A stretch of DNA of 64,000 bases. It comes from Xanthobacteraceae bacterium (GTDB taxonomy: Bacteria; Pseudomonadota; Alphaproteobacteria; Rhizobiales; Xanthobacteraceae). Positions 45,782 through 55,112 of the stretch are shown here, piece by piece. Where the stretch lies: the NCBI GenBank assembly GCA_035300505.1, contig DATGVJ010000374.1, forward strand, positions 1,259-65,258. The letters are read 5' to 3'. Made by a program: the position numbers and the translations under genes. The stretch's first letter is position 1. Every line of letters starts with the position of its first letter. The notes under the pieces are model-generated. The model ran no database searches. It saw only the letters and a program-made list of their open reading frames with translations, and was not told the origin of the DNA.

Positions 45782-46336
45782 TTACCGGCTGATGCGCGAA
45801 ATCTTCGATCCTTCAAGCGTGAGATTATACATCAGCCCCTTCGAATCGAGGATGAACCCAATCACCGGGCTCGTGATCTTGTCGGTATCGATCGAGCCGC
45901 CGGCGCCGACCGTGATCAGGGTTACGGATCCATCGACCCCGACCTTCCAGCCATCCATACCTTGGAACTTCGCAAGCGCCGCCGGTGCCATGAACATGAT
46001 GACGACGGAACGCGCCTGGGCGCCGAGCTGGAAACCGACCGACGCCGCGATCGTGTTGTAATAGCCGACCGTCCTGCCGCCGACCCGCATGGCGCCCTCG
46101 CCATACTCCCCGCCAACCCCCATGCCGGCCTTGACGACCGTCGGGAACACCAGGACCCCGGCCGCCTTGGCGGCCACGTTGCGGGTGCCGGGAATCTGGC
46201 GGAACAACCGGTCAAGCGTTGAACCCGCCCCGGCGTTGATCTCGCCCGCACTCGCGGCTTTGGCTGACGTGCTCGCACCCACCAGCGCGAAGGCGACGAT
46301 CAAACCCGCACAGATTGATTTCCAAAATTGAAGCAC
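45782..46336 (-). CDS. SYLF (DUF500/Ysc84-like) lipid-binding domain protein, exported
   Basis: Signal peptide. AAGVLVFPTVVKAGMGVGGEYGEGAM..GYYNTIAASVGFQLGAQ..MYNLTLEGSKIS is typical of SYLF. Confidence 0.7.
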   Translation of the reverse strand: MLQFWKSICAGLIVAFALVGASTSAKAASAGEINAGAGSTLDRLFRQIPGTRNVAAKAAGVLVFPTVVKAGMGVGGEYGEGAMRVGGRTVGYYNTIAASVGFQLGAQARSVVIMFMAPAALAKFQGMDGWKVGVDGSVTLITVGAGGSIDTDKITSPVIGFILDSKGLMYNLTLEGSKISRISR

Positions 46337-46367
46337 AGCGCTCCCCTCCCCTTAATCCCGATAGCCG

Positions 46368-47877
46368 TCAATTCTTTGTTCTGGCCTGCGACACGGCCGC
46401 AAAGGCGTCGACGTGGCCGGCGCCAAAATCCTTCTCGCGTCCCTTGCCGAGCGTCTTGGCGGAGCGCGTCAACAGGCGGCGAACGTCAGCCGGCGTGAGC
46501 GAGGGGTTGCGTTCGATCAGCAAGGCTGCGACGCCGCTGACATTCGCGGAAGCAACGGACGTCCCCCGTGGTGAATTGATAAGTGCCGCTTGGCGCGGCT
46601 ACCAGCACGTCAACGCCAGGAGCCGCCACCGCGATATGAGAACCACGATTGGCGCCCGCGAACAACGAGTCGCTGGCGTCGGTCGCCGTCACCGCAATCA
46701 CATTCGGATCGGCTGCCGGAAAAAGTGGAGGCGAGCGCGGGCCCGCATTGCCGGCTGCCGCAATCAAAACGATGCCTTTGCGCGCCGTCTTTGCCAGCGC
46801 GTCCTTGAGGCGCGGATCAGCGGGCCCGGCGAAGCTCATATTGACGATGCGTGCGCCCTTCTCGGCCGCCCAATCCAAACCCTTGATGATGTTGAATGTC
46901 GTGCCTTCCGCGCTGTTGGACTTCGTGCTGAATGCCCGCACGGTCAACAGGGCCACACGCGGCGCGGTGCCAAGCACCGTGCGCCGCGACGCAATGGCGC
47001 CCGCCATGCCGGTGCCGTGCGGATGGGCGGTCGTATCATCGCTCGCGGCGTCCAGATTATCCACGACCGCGCCGGCAAGATCGGGATGCGATGCATCGAC
47101 ACCAGAATCGATGACCGCGACCAGAACGCGATTGCCGGTCGCCAGACGGTGCGCCTCCGAGAGGTGAAGTTTTTCCGGTGCATACTGGTCACCGCTCGCT
47201 GCCGGCAACGCACTCAATTCGGTCTGCGCGAGTTTAAAAAGATGATTTGCCTGCGCCCCGGCGACCTCCGGATCGAAGCGCGATATGTTGACGATCACGG
47301 CCCCAACCGGAACATTGCTGTCGATCCGCCAGCGATGCAACGTGCGTCCCGTCAACCGAAAGGTTTTGGTCTCGACACGCGTCATCCGGTGAGCCGCCGC
47401 GATACGATTGAGCGTCGGCTCACCGACGTTCGCCGGAATGTCGAGGATGACCTCGTCGAACACATGTGGTGCGCCGGCCAGTGGAAGACTGAAGCCGTTG
47501 CGCAGCTGCGTCGTGACGGGCCCGGATTTCGGCGCAGGCCCGCGCGACGGCGGCAGATCGAACGGCTGTTGCGGCGGCAATGAAACCTGCCGCAACGGCG
47601 GGTCCGGCGGAAGCGAGCTGTGGTCCACGTCGGTCCGGTCAGGCGGCGTCCGGTCGCCAAATATCTTTGTGCCGAGGAACAGTCCCAAGACGCCGGCAGC
47701 CACGCCGCCGACCACGTACCAAATGACTTTGTTGTTGTTGTTGCCGCCGCCGCCGGACGGCCCGGGAGGCGGAGGAGGACAAAGGGAAGTGCATACCTGG
47801 GCCTGGGCAGCCCGAACGATCGACGAGACCGCCAAGACAGCGGCCAACAGCACGCGAATGAGTGTCGTCCTGGTCAT
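46368..47877 (-). pseudogene. S8 (subtilisin-like) serine peptidase interrupted by a +1 frameshift just before the catalytic Ser
   Basis: D and H contexts VAVIDSGVDASHPDL and HGTGMAGAI, plus N in AAAGNAGP. The listed ORF (46486..47907) ends ..YQFTTGDVRCFREC. Deleting one G of the G5 run (C5 on + at 46563-46567) restores TTGTSVASANVSGVAALLIERNPSLTPADVRRLL..AGHVDAFAAVSQARTKN, with the stop at 46368. Confidence 0.6.
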
Positions 47878-48329
47878 GGCTTGAAGAGCCCCCGCCAAAT
47901 CCGCCAAAGAAGCGATACCCCGCTGTCACGATGGCATGGCGAAACTGTGTTTTCACCCGGCCATCTGTGGAACCAAGGAAATTCAGGCTCTAAATTGAGC
48001 CCGCCTCATTGGAATATCCCCGCGGCGGAGCTTATAGGTCCCCCAAATGAGAGTCACTACTTTCCGGCGAAGTCGCCGCCGCCAAGAGAAGCCGTCAGCC
48101 GACAAATAACCTACAAGGCTTTGCCACGAGTGCCACCGCAAATCTGTCGTGCGCATAACTCTGCGCCCCAGCGTAAACTTAATGTTTCTGCTGCTGACAA
48201 CCCTCCACAGCTTCCCCTTTTCGATCAGATTGGCGCGCAACTCGCGGGACCACCTTCGATTGTTGGGAACTGAGAGCCGGCTCCCGCGTTAAGTATTGTG
48301 CACAAACTCTTAGAAGAGGGAGTTGCAAG

Positions 48330-48671
48330 ATGATCCGTGATCCACAGAACATTTCCCCCGTCGAACCGACGTACCGTGACCCGAACATCGATCCAACTGC
48401 AGACCCGCGTTATGAAGCGCGCAAGGGCATGGATGCCGGAACTATTGTGGGTATAGCGTTAGGTCTTGTCATGCTTCTCGCAGCGGGTGCTGTGTGGATA
48501 TTCGCGCCGGAAAAAACGACGACAGCCATCAATCCACCACCGACGACGACAGGTCAGGGCAATACCTTGCCGCAAACGCGGCCCGCTCCGGCACCGGCAA
48601 CTTCGCCTGCGGCTCCGTCAGCGCCCGACACGAATCCCGGCGTCGATGGATCGCCTGCGATGAAGAAATAA
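48330..48671 (+). CDS. hypothetical single-pass membrane protein with Pro/Thr/Ala-rich tail
   Basis: GGGAG Shine-Dalgarno, one TM helix (IVGIALGLVMLLAAGAVWIF) and a low-complexity C-terminus. Confidence 0.5.
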   Translation: MIRDPQNISPVEPTYRDPNIDPTADPRYEARKGMDAGTIVGIALGLVMLLAAGAVWIFAPEKTTTAINPPPTTTGQGNTLPQTRPAPAPATSPAAPSAPDTNPGVDGSPAMKK

Positions 48672-48705
48672 GGTCCCGTTCACGAAGCTAATTTTTTGAC
48701 AAAAC

Positions 48706-48735
48706 GGCCGGCCCCACGAGGTCGAGGGGCCGGCC
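48706..48735 (-). terminator. perfect 10-bp GC hairpin downstream of the GlcG-like gene
   Basis: GGCCGGCCCC-ACGAGGTCGA-GGGGCCGGCC. On the minus strand it is followed by CGTTTTGTCAAAAAATT. Confidence 0.6.
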
Positions 48736-48748
48736 TGTCGGAGTTGGG

Positions 48749-49240
48749 TTACTTCAGTTGATCCGCAACCTTGTCGAGGCCGGCCTTGACGCAGGCTTCG
48801 TCCTTGTCGCCGCCGGGTGCACCGGAAGCACCGGCCGCGCCGATCGTCACATTGCCGACGTTGATCGGCAGCGCGCCGCGCGCCGGGATCATGTTGCCCA
48901 GGCGCAGCGCGCCTGCGTTGGGTGTCTTGGCGACGTTTTCGGCAAACTGGCCAGAGGGGATGCGCTGCCCGCGCGAAGCCAGCGCCTTGCGCATGGAATT
49001 CTCCATGGTGTGCGGGCCGGTATTGTCGCCGCGCATCGCGACCAGGATTTCGCCCATATTGCCGATCACGTGCACGGACACGTTATAGCCCTGCTGCTTG
49101 CAGGTCTCGATGGCGGTCTGGGCGATCGTGACGGCAATCGGAAGCGAGAGTTGCTTGGTGGTGAGGAGCTGCGCATTTGCGCCGCTGGTGGCGCAGCAAG
49201 CGAGAGCGAGGGCAGCGATACCGCATGCGGTTTTGATCAT
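48749..49240 (-). CDS. exported GlcG/HbpS-like (DUF336) haem-binding-family protein, copy 1
   Basis: Signal peptide MIKTACGIAALALACCATSGANA. GALPINVGNVTIGAAGASGAPGGDKDEACVKAG is typical of GlcG/DUF336. Confidence 0.75.
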   Translation of the reverse strand: MIKTACGIAALALACCATSGANAQLLTTKQLSLPIAVTIAQTAIETCKQQGYNVSVHVIGNMGEILVAMRGDNTGPHTMENSMRKALASRGQRIPSGQFAENVAKTPNAGALRLGNMIPARGALPINVGNVTIGAAGASGAPGGDKDEACVKAGLDKVADQLK

Positions 49241-49315
49241 GATGTTATTCTCCCTGATGCCAGCCATGATGCCGGACTGGCGATGAATCTGTTCAACGGT
49301 GATTGCGGTGCCGGA

Positions 49316-49819
49316 TTACTTGAGGTCGTCCTTGACCTTGTCGATACCGGCCTGGGCGCAGACCTCGTCCTTGTCACCGCCCGGCGCACCGGAGATGCCA
49401 ACCGAGCCGATTGTTTCTTCGCCGATCTTGATCGGCAAAGCGCCGCGGGCCGCCACGATGTTGGCAAGCATCAACTGCGCGGCAACCGGATTCTGGCCGA
49501 CGTTATCGGCAAACTTGCCGGATTCGATGCGGAAGGTGCGCGACGTATAGGCCTTCTTGAACGAATTCTCGTAGGTGTTGACGCCCGCCAAGGGATTGCG
49601 AATACCCACGATCGTCTCGGCGTTGCGGCCCAGCACATGGACCGAGACGTTGTAGCCAGCTGCCTTACAGTTGTCGATCGCGGTCATCGCAATCGTCGTC
49701 GCCATGGCGATCGATATATCCTTGTGCGCGAGAACCTGGGCATTCGCGGAATTCACGAAGCCTGCGGCGAGGGTCGCCGCCAATGCCAGCCCTGCGGCAC
49801 GACACGTTGTTTGAGACAT
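49316..49819 (-). CDS. exported GlcG/HbpS-like (DUF336) protein, copy 2
   Basis: Signal peptide ..GFVNSANA. GALPIKIGEETIGSVGISGAPGGDKDEVCAQAG. Paralogue of the neighbouring gene. Confidence 0.75.
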   Translation of the reverse strand: MSQTTCRAAGLALAATLAAGFVNSANAQVLAHKDISIAMATTIAMTAIDNCKAAGYNVSVHVLGRNAETIVGIRNPLAGVNTYENSFKKAYTSRTFRIESGKFADNVGQNPVAAQLMLANIVAARGALPIKIGEETIGSVGISGAPGGDKDEVCAQAGIDKVKDDLK

Positions 49820-50138
49820 TGAGTCACTCCTCCGGTTTTATGCCGAACGATCACGTGAACTCCGCGACCGCGGCGGTTGGTATTTCATTCTATACTGTCG
49901 ACAGCCACGAAGAAGTCGCAACGAAGATGTCACCTGGACATTCGACTAATCGCCGCAAATCTCGGGGCTGCCACCAGCTTGGACGTTGCTGGGGTATGGC
50001 AGCTTACTCCGGCCCGTCGCACAAGCCAACCTGGACATGGAAACTTCGGTGTGGCCGGACGGACGCCCGTCCGGACGGCGTTACAGGGGGGCGCAGCCGC
50101 TCTAGCCTGTAAACCCTTGGTAGCCCCCTGCCCCCAGG

Positions 50139-50540
50139 TCATTCCGGCTTGAAATTCATCGCCACGCCATTGATGCAATAGCGCAAATGCGTGGGCGGCG
50201 GGCCGTCCTCGAAGACATGGCCGAGATGACCGCCGCAGCGGCTGCAATGCACTTCGGTACGGACCATGCCGTGGGTGCGATCCACCGTATTCTCGGTCGA
50301 CCCCGCCTCCGGATCGTTGAAGCTTGGCCAGCCGGTGCCGCTTTCGAACTTTTTCTTGGAAACAAACAAGGCTTGATCGCAGCCGGCGCAGTAAAACGTG
50401 CCGGCGCGCTTTTCGTAATTGAGCGCGCAGCTGCCGGGCCGCTCGGTCGCGTGGTGGCGAAGGACCTGATATTGCTCGGGGGTCAGCAGACGACGCCACT
50501 CCTCGTCCGTGTGCGTGACCGCATACTGCTTGTCGACCAT
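50139..50540 (-). CDS. msrB: peptide-methionine (R)-S-oxide reductase
   Basis: CAGC..., CSRCGGHLGHVFEDGP and RYCINGVA. The 133-aa size is typical of MsrB. Confidence 0.93.
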   Translation of the reverse strand: MVDKQYAVTHTDEEWRRLLTPEQYQVLRHHATERPGSCALNYEKRAGTFYCAGCDQALFVSKKKFESGTGWPSFNDPEAGSTENTVDRTHGMVRTEVHCSRCGGHLGHVFEDGPPPTHLRYCINGVAMNFKPE

Positions 50541-50622
50541 TTTCTTTACTCCGCGCCGGGGGGTGTAAGAAAATATAGTTATATTTTCTTGTTTGTCTCA
50601 AGAACTTTGTACGAACTCGAAC

Positions 50623-52098
50623 TCAGGCCGCAGGTCCATGCAAGGGCCGCTCTTCAAGCAGGATCACGGCGACCAGTCCAATGATCGAAACTGCCAACGC
50701 CGCCACGAAGACATAGCGGAACACTTGCCCAACCGCGACCCCACTCGCGCCTGCTTGCGTCACCGTCAATTCGACACCGATGCCGCCGCGCTCCGGCGTA
50801 ACGCCGAGGCCGGCAAGCAATATCGCCCCCATGATTGCGACCACCAAGGCGCTCGCCAGCGCGCGAAAGAAGTTCATCGCGCCGGTCGCAGTCCCAACGT
50901 CGCGGCGCTCCACTGCATTTTGGATCGACACGGTCGCAATGGGAAATACCGAGCCGACGCCGAGGCCGATCACACCAGTGATAAAAATCACCCAGCCAAG
51001 CTGCATCTCCGGCCAGCAGGCGAGCGCCGCAACCGCAATGGTCGCGAGCGTCATTCCGATCGTGGGAGAAATCTTGTAGTGGGGGAGATGCATCATCGCT
51101 CGTCCCGACAGCATCGAACCGGGCGTGGTGAGCACGATGACGGGAACGAGCGCGAGACCGGATTGCGTGGCGCTGAGCTTGTGCACGACCTGATAGTAGA
51201 GCGGCATGTAGATCATGAACCCTGTCATCATGCCGAGCGCGCAGGACGTCGCCGTCGTGCCCACACGCATCACCGGATTGGCCAATACGCCGAGCGGCAG
51301 GAACGGCTCATCGACGCGGTGAAGCCACCACGAAAACCCAAGGGTGAAAACAATCGAAAGAAGCAGCAACACAAGGATCGTGGACGAGATCCAGGGAACA
51401 CGCGTGCCGCCCGAGGTCAGCACCAAGAGAAGCGCCACGGCAGCAAGGATCATCAAACTCGCCCCGATGATGTCGAGCCGATGCGAGCGCCCCTGCGGCG
51501 GCAGGCGCTTCATGGCCGTCGAGGAGAGCCACGCAGCGCACAGGCCGAGCGGTACATTGAGCCAGAAGATCCATGACCAGTGCCATTTGTCTGCGATGAC
51601 GCCGCCCAGCACCGGCCCCACCACTCCGGCTGCAATCCAGGCGGTGCCCATATAGGCTTGATATCTGCCGCGCTCGCGCGGCGCGACCATATCGGCGACC
51701 GTCGTTTGCACCATCGGCGTGATGCCGCCGCCGCCGATCCCCTGCAGCACCCGCCCGGCGATGAGGACCGCCATGCTGGATGCCACGGCCGACAGCGCGG
51801 ATCCCGCAATGAACAGGCCGAGCGCAACCAGCATCATGACGCGACGACCATGAATATCGGAGAGTTTGCCATAAAGCGGCGCCACCACCGTCGACGATAG
51901 CAGGTAGGCGATGATCACCCAGGAGAGATTCTGGAAATCGTCAAGCTCGCGTCCGATGGTCGGCAGCGCACTAGCCACGATGGTCTGGTTCACGGCCGAG
52001 AGGAACCCACCCATCATGAGTGCGTAAAAAATCCGGCGGATATCCTTGCGGGACAACGGCGGCGCGGCCCCACCTCCACGCTCCTGCAACGGACTCAT
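50623..52098 (-). CDS. MFS transporter, DHA2 (14-TMS, EmrB/QacA-like) family
   Basis: Motif A-like GKLSDIHGRR. About 14 hydrophobic segments. Start ATG 52098 forms ATGA with the stop of the upstream paralogue. Confidence 0.8.
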   Translation of the reverse strand: MSPLQERGGGAAPPLSRKDIRRIFYALMMGGFLSAVNQTIVASALPTIGRELDDFQNLSWVIIAYLLSSTVVAPLYGKLSDIHGRRVMMLVALGLFIAGSALSAVASSMAVLIAGRVLQGIGGGGITPMVQTTVADMVAPRERGRYQAYMGTAWIAAGVVGPVLGGVIADKWHWSWIFWLNVPLGLCAAWLSSTAMKRLPPQGRSHRLDIIGASLMILAAVALLLVLTSGGTRVPWISSTILVLLLLSIVFTLGFSWWLHRVDEPFLPLGVLANPVMRVGTTATSCALGMMTGFMIYMPLYYQVVHKLSATQSGLALVPVIVLTTPGSMLSGRAMMHLPHYKISPTIGMTLATIAVAALACWPEMQLGWVIFITGVIGLGVGSVFPIATVSIQNAVERRDVGTATGAMNFFRALASALVVAIMGAILLAGLGVTPERGGIGVELTVTQAGASGVAVGQVFRYVFVAALAVSIIGLVAVILLEERPLHGPAA

Positions 52099-53612
52099 TC
52101 CGGCTCCCGTGCGCGGACGTACGGACCGCCCAATGGGCGTTCTTCGATGACCGCGACTGCGATACATGCAAGCCCAAGAAAGAACGCAGCCGCCACGAAG
52201 ACCAGCCGAAACTTTTGTGCAAGCTCACTTGCCGACGCACCCGCGTTAGCCATTTTGTCGAGCGTGCCGCCAGGCACGGCCACATCGAGCCCGGAGAGCA
52301 CAATCGCCGCGAACGCTGCCACGATGATTGCACCTCCAAGCGACCGAAAGAAGTTCAGTGTCCCGGTCGCGATGCCGAATTGATGCGGCAATACCGCATT
52401 CTGAACGATCACAGTGGTCGTCGGATACATAGGGCCCATCCCTATTCCGGCGAGAGTCATAAAAGCCGTGACCGCAACCAGCGACCAACCGGACGGCCAG
52501 ATCGCCAGCAGGACCAAAACCACGACGGCGAGCGGCGCGGCATAAACCGGGACGCGCTTGTAGTGTTGCACCCGAACGATCAGGCGTCCCGCGAGCAACG
52601 ATCCGAGCGTTGCGCCGCCCATGAAGCCGATAAGTACAATACCAGAAGCGCTGGCCGAAAGACCCAAGACCAGTTCGATATAGAGTGGGATGAAGATCGA
52701 CAGGCCGATAATCGTGCCGATGCTGAAGAAGCCCGCGATCACAATGCCGCATATCACGGGTTCGCGCAGCACCGACAGCGGGATGAACGGCTCCGGCGCC
52801 CGGATGAGGCGCCACCAGAAGCCGATCCACAACAACGCCGAGGCGCCGAAAAGAAACCCGATCGGCAGCGAAATCCATGGATAGCGTATCCCACCCCAAC
52901 TCAATGCCAAAAGTAATACGACCGTGGCGGCGACCATCGCGGCAGCGCCGACTAGGTCGAGCCGGTGGGGCCGGTCATTGCGCGGCAGCCGGCGTAGCGC
53001 GCGATCGGTCATGACCAGAGCCGCAACTCCCAACGGCAGGTTGATCCAGAAGATCAACGACCAATGCAAGTGGTCCGTGAAAAAGCCCCCGAGGACAGGC
53101 CCAATGATGCTCGCCGCCATGAACATCGTCGAGGAATAGCCTTGAACGATTGGGCGCTCGCGCGGGCTCAACAAATCGGCGATCACGGTTTGCGCAAGCG
53201 GCAAGAGTCCGCCGCCACCGAGTCCCTGGAGCGCCCGTCCGGCGATGAGAAGTGGCACGGTGGGCGCGACCGCACAGCCCAGCGACCCTGCAATGAATAT
53301 GCCGATGCTGATCAGCATCATGCGGCGCCGGCCATAAATGTCGGAAAGCTTGCCGAACAGCGGCGTCGCCACTGTGGCGCTGATGAGATAGGCGGTCACA
53401 ACCCACGAAAGGTTCTCGACATCGCCGAGTACCCGCCCCATCGTAGGCAAGGCCGGTGCCACGATGGTCTGTTCGAGCGCGGAGAGAAACATCGCCAGCA
53501 TGATGCCGAAGATGATCGAGAGCGCAGCTGCGTGACTTTGCCCCAACGCAGGCCCGACATTGCTCGTCTCATCGGACTGCCGGTTTGAATCGTTCATGGG
53601 TTGCTGTCGCAC
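52095..53612 (-). CDS. MFS transporter, DHA2 family (paralogue)
   Basis: GKLSDIYGRRRMM, LQGLGGGGL and about 14 TM segments. Collinear with the downstream paralogue. Confidence 0.8.
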   Translation of the reverse strand: MRQQPMNDSNRQSDETSNVGPALGQSHAAALSIIFGIMLAMFLSALEQTIVAPALPTMGRVLGDVENLSWVVTAYLISATVATPLFGKLSDIYGRRRMMLISIGIFIAGSLGCAVAPTVPLLIAGRALQGLGGGGLLPLAQTVIADLLSPRERPIVQGYSSTMFMAASIIGPVLGGFFTDHLHWSLIFWINLPLGVAALVMTDRALRRLPRNDRPHRLDLVGAAAMVAATVVLLLALSWGGIRYPWISLPIGFLFGASALLWIGFWWRLIRAPEPFIPLSVLREPVICGIVIAGFFSIGTIIGLSIFIPLYIELVLGLSASASGIVLIGFMGGATLGSLLAGRLIVRVQHYKRVPVYAAPLAVVVLVLLAIWPSGWSLVAVTAFMTLAGIGMGPMYPTTTVIVQNAVLPHQFGIATGTLNFFRSLGGAIIVAAFAAIVLSGLDVAVPGGTLDKMANAGASASELAQKFRLVFVAAAFFLGLACIAVAVIEERPLGGPYVRAREPE

Positions 53613-53845
53613 GGCCTCACCGCAAGGCGCAAGTTCGCGCTTAGCTTCCGTTCTGGTCGCCCAGACGAGGCACGGGGCTGATTTGCCCTTAGACCATCGT
53701 ATTCTTGCGTGTGGACTGGACGGTCGTTGGCCGTCGTTGGCCGGATGGTGCCTTGACTATACAACCCCAATGGGGTACCTGAACGTATGCGCCGTCAACC
53801 TGTTTCTGTGATCGAGTTTGCCGGGTACGGCGGCGCGCAAGCGAG

Positions 53846-54133
53846 TTGCTCACACCAGGAGAGCAGGACGCGGTCATTGATCTCGTCGCCTTTGATCCGA
53901 CCTGCGGAGACCTGATCCCTGAAACAGGAGGATTGCGGAAAGTCCGAATCGGCCGCGGTGGAACCGGCAAACGAGGTGGAGCGCGCGTCGTCTATTATTT
54001 CCATTCGGTCGATTTACCAATTTTCCTGCTCGCCCTTTATGCAAAAAACGAGAAGAGCGACTTGACGGCGGCGGAGAAAAAAGAATTTACAACACAGGTG
54101 AACAAGTTGGTGAAGCAATGGCGAAAAACATAA
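53846..54133 (+). CDS. HigB-2/RelE-superfamily toxin (possibly N-terminally frameshifted)
   Basis: GDLIPETGGLRKVRIGRGGTGKRGGARVVYYF..IFLLALYAKNEKSDLTAAEKKEF matches the HigB-2-type toxin pattern. Only a TTG start is available. A GTG at 53808 encodes VIEFAG.. in the -1 frame. Confidence 0.7.
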   Translation: MLTPGEQDAVIDLVAFDPTCGDLIPETGGLRKVRIGRGGTGKRGGARVVYYFHSVDLPIFLLALYAKNEKSDLTAAEKKEFTTQVNKLVKQWRKT

Positions 54134-54429
54134 CACCGCGCTTGGCCGACGACATCCGCGCCAGCCTGCATGAAGCACTCGACTACGCAGCCGGCAAGGG
54201 AACTAAGGCCGTCGTCCACCGAGTGGTACCGCACGATACAGATGCCCGCGAAGCGCGACTCAAGCTTGGCCTCTCGCAGCTTGAATTCGCGTCGTTCATT
54301 GGCACCGCCGTCGGCACCGTACGCAAATGGGAACTCGGCACACGCCGCCCCTCCGGAGCCGCACGTACGCTTATCGACGTTATCAAGGCAGAGCCCAGCG
54401 CCGTTCGCCGAGCACTAATGAAGGGCTAA
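54118..54429 (+). CDS. XRE-family HTH antitoxin (HigA-2-like)
   Basis: Overlaps the toxin by 16 nt. HTH region [37 protein letters not shown]. Confidence 0.75.
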   Translation: MAKNITPRLADDIRASLHEALDYAAGKGTKAVVHRVVPHDTDAREARLKLGLSQLEFASFIGTAVGTVRKWELGTRRPSGAARTLIDVIKAEPSAVRRALMKG

Positions 54430-54911
54430 GGCTTTTTCCGTGCAGCCTTCGGAATTCGGACCGGCCAGCTTACGATCCGGCCTTCGAGGTCTTCGTCCGG
54501 AACATCGTCCTCGCAGGCCCCGACCTTGCCGCGGACCGAGATGCCGGCTTGGTGGACGCTGTCGGGATCCCCGGAAACCAGGGGATGCCACCAATAGAGG
54601 TCGCGGCCGTCGGCCAGCAGGCGATAGCCGCAGGTTGGCGGTAACCAGACGATTTTCTTTACATTTCTGGGGGTTAGACGGACGCAATCCTTCACCTTCT
54701 TGGATCGGTTGGGATAATCCTGACAGCGGCAGGTCTCTCCGTCGAGCAACCGGCAGCCCACGTCGGTAAAAAAGGTTCGCGAACTGTCGTCGGCGTCTTC
54801 GAGCTTGACCAGACAGCATCTCCCGCACCCATCACAGAGGCTTTCCCATTCCGAATCTGTCATATTCTCCAATGACTTACGTTTCCAGAAAGGAACCTCA
54901 TCGCGAGCCAT
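54426..54911 (-). CDS. ycgN: YcgN-family (UPF0260) cysteine-cluster protein
   Basis: [66 protein letters not shown]. Confidence 0.85.
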   Translation of the reverse strand: MARDEVPFWKRKSLENMTDSEWESLCDGCGRCCLVKLEDADDSSRTFFTDVGCRLLDGETCRCQDYPNRSKKVKDCVRLTPRNVKKIVWLPPTCGYRLLADGRDLYWWHPLVSGDPDSVHQAGISVRGKVGACEDDVPDEDLEGRIVSWPVRIPKAARKKP

Positions 54912-55112
54912 TATTGTGTCCCATTCCTTAGGTCTATGTGCGAGCTTAACATGCAACCTGAAATCCTACAGGATGATAGCGCGTGTCATCCATAAATGAT
55001 GCTTTTTAACTTCATACTGTGGCTTCCGTGCAATAGTGTGGGCCCGTAGGATCAGGTAAAGAATCAGTGCGGCAGATCCGATCCTGCTGCAACCCGTCGT
55101 CATGGCGACCTC

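Noticed and set aside
53612-53845. tRNA or small RNA gene as an integration site next to the TA module.
   Set aside because: No cloverleaf-compatible sequence or conserved T-loop (GTTCGAATC-like) motif was found by eye. I cannot exclude sRNAs without a covariance-model scan.
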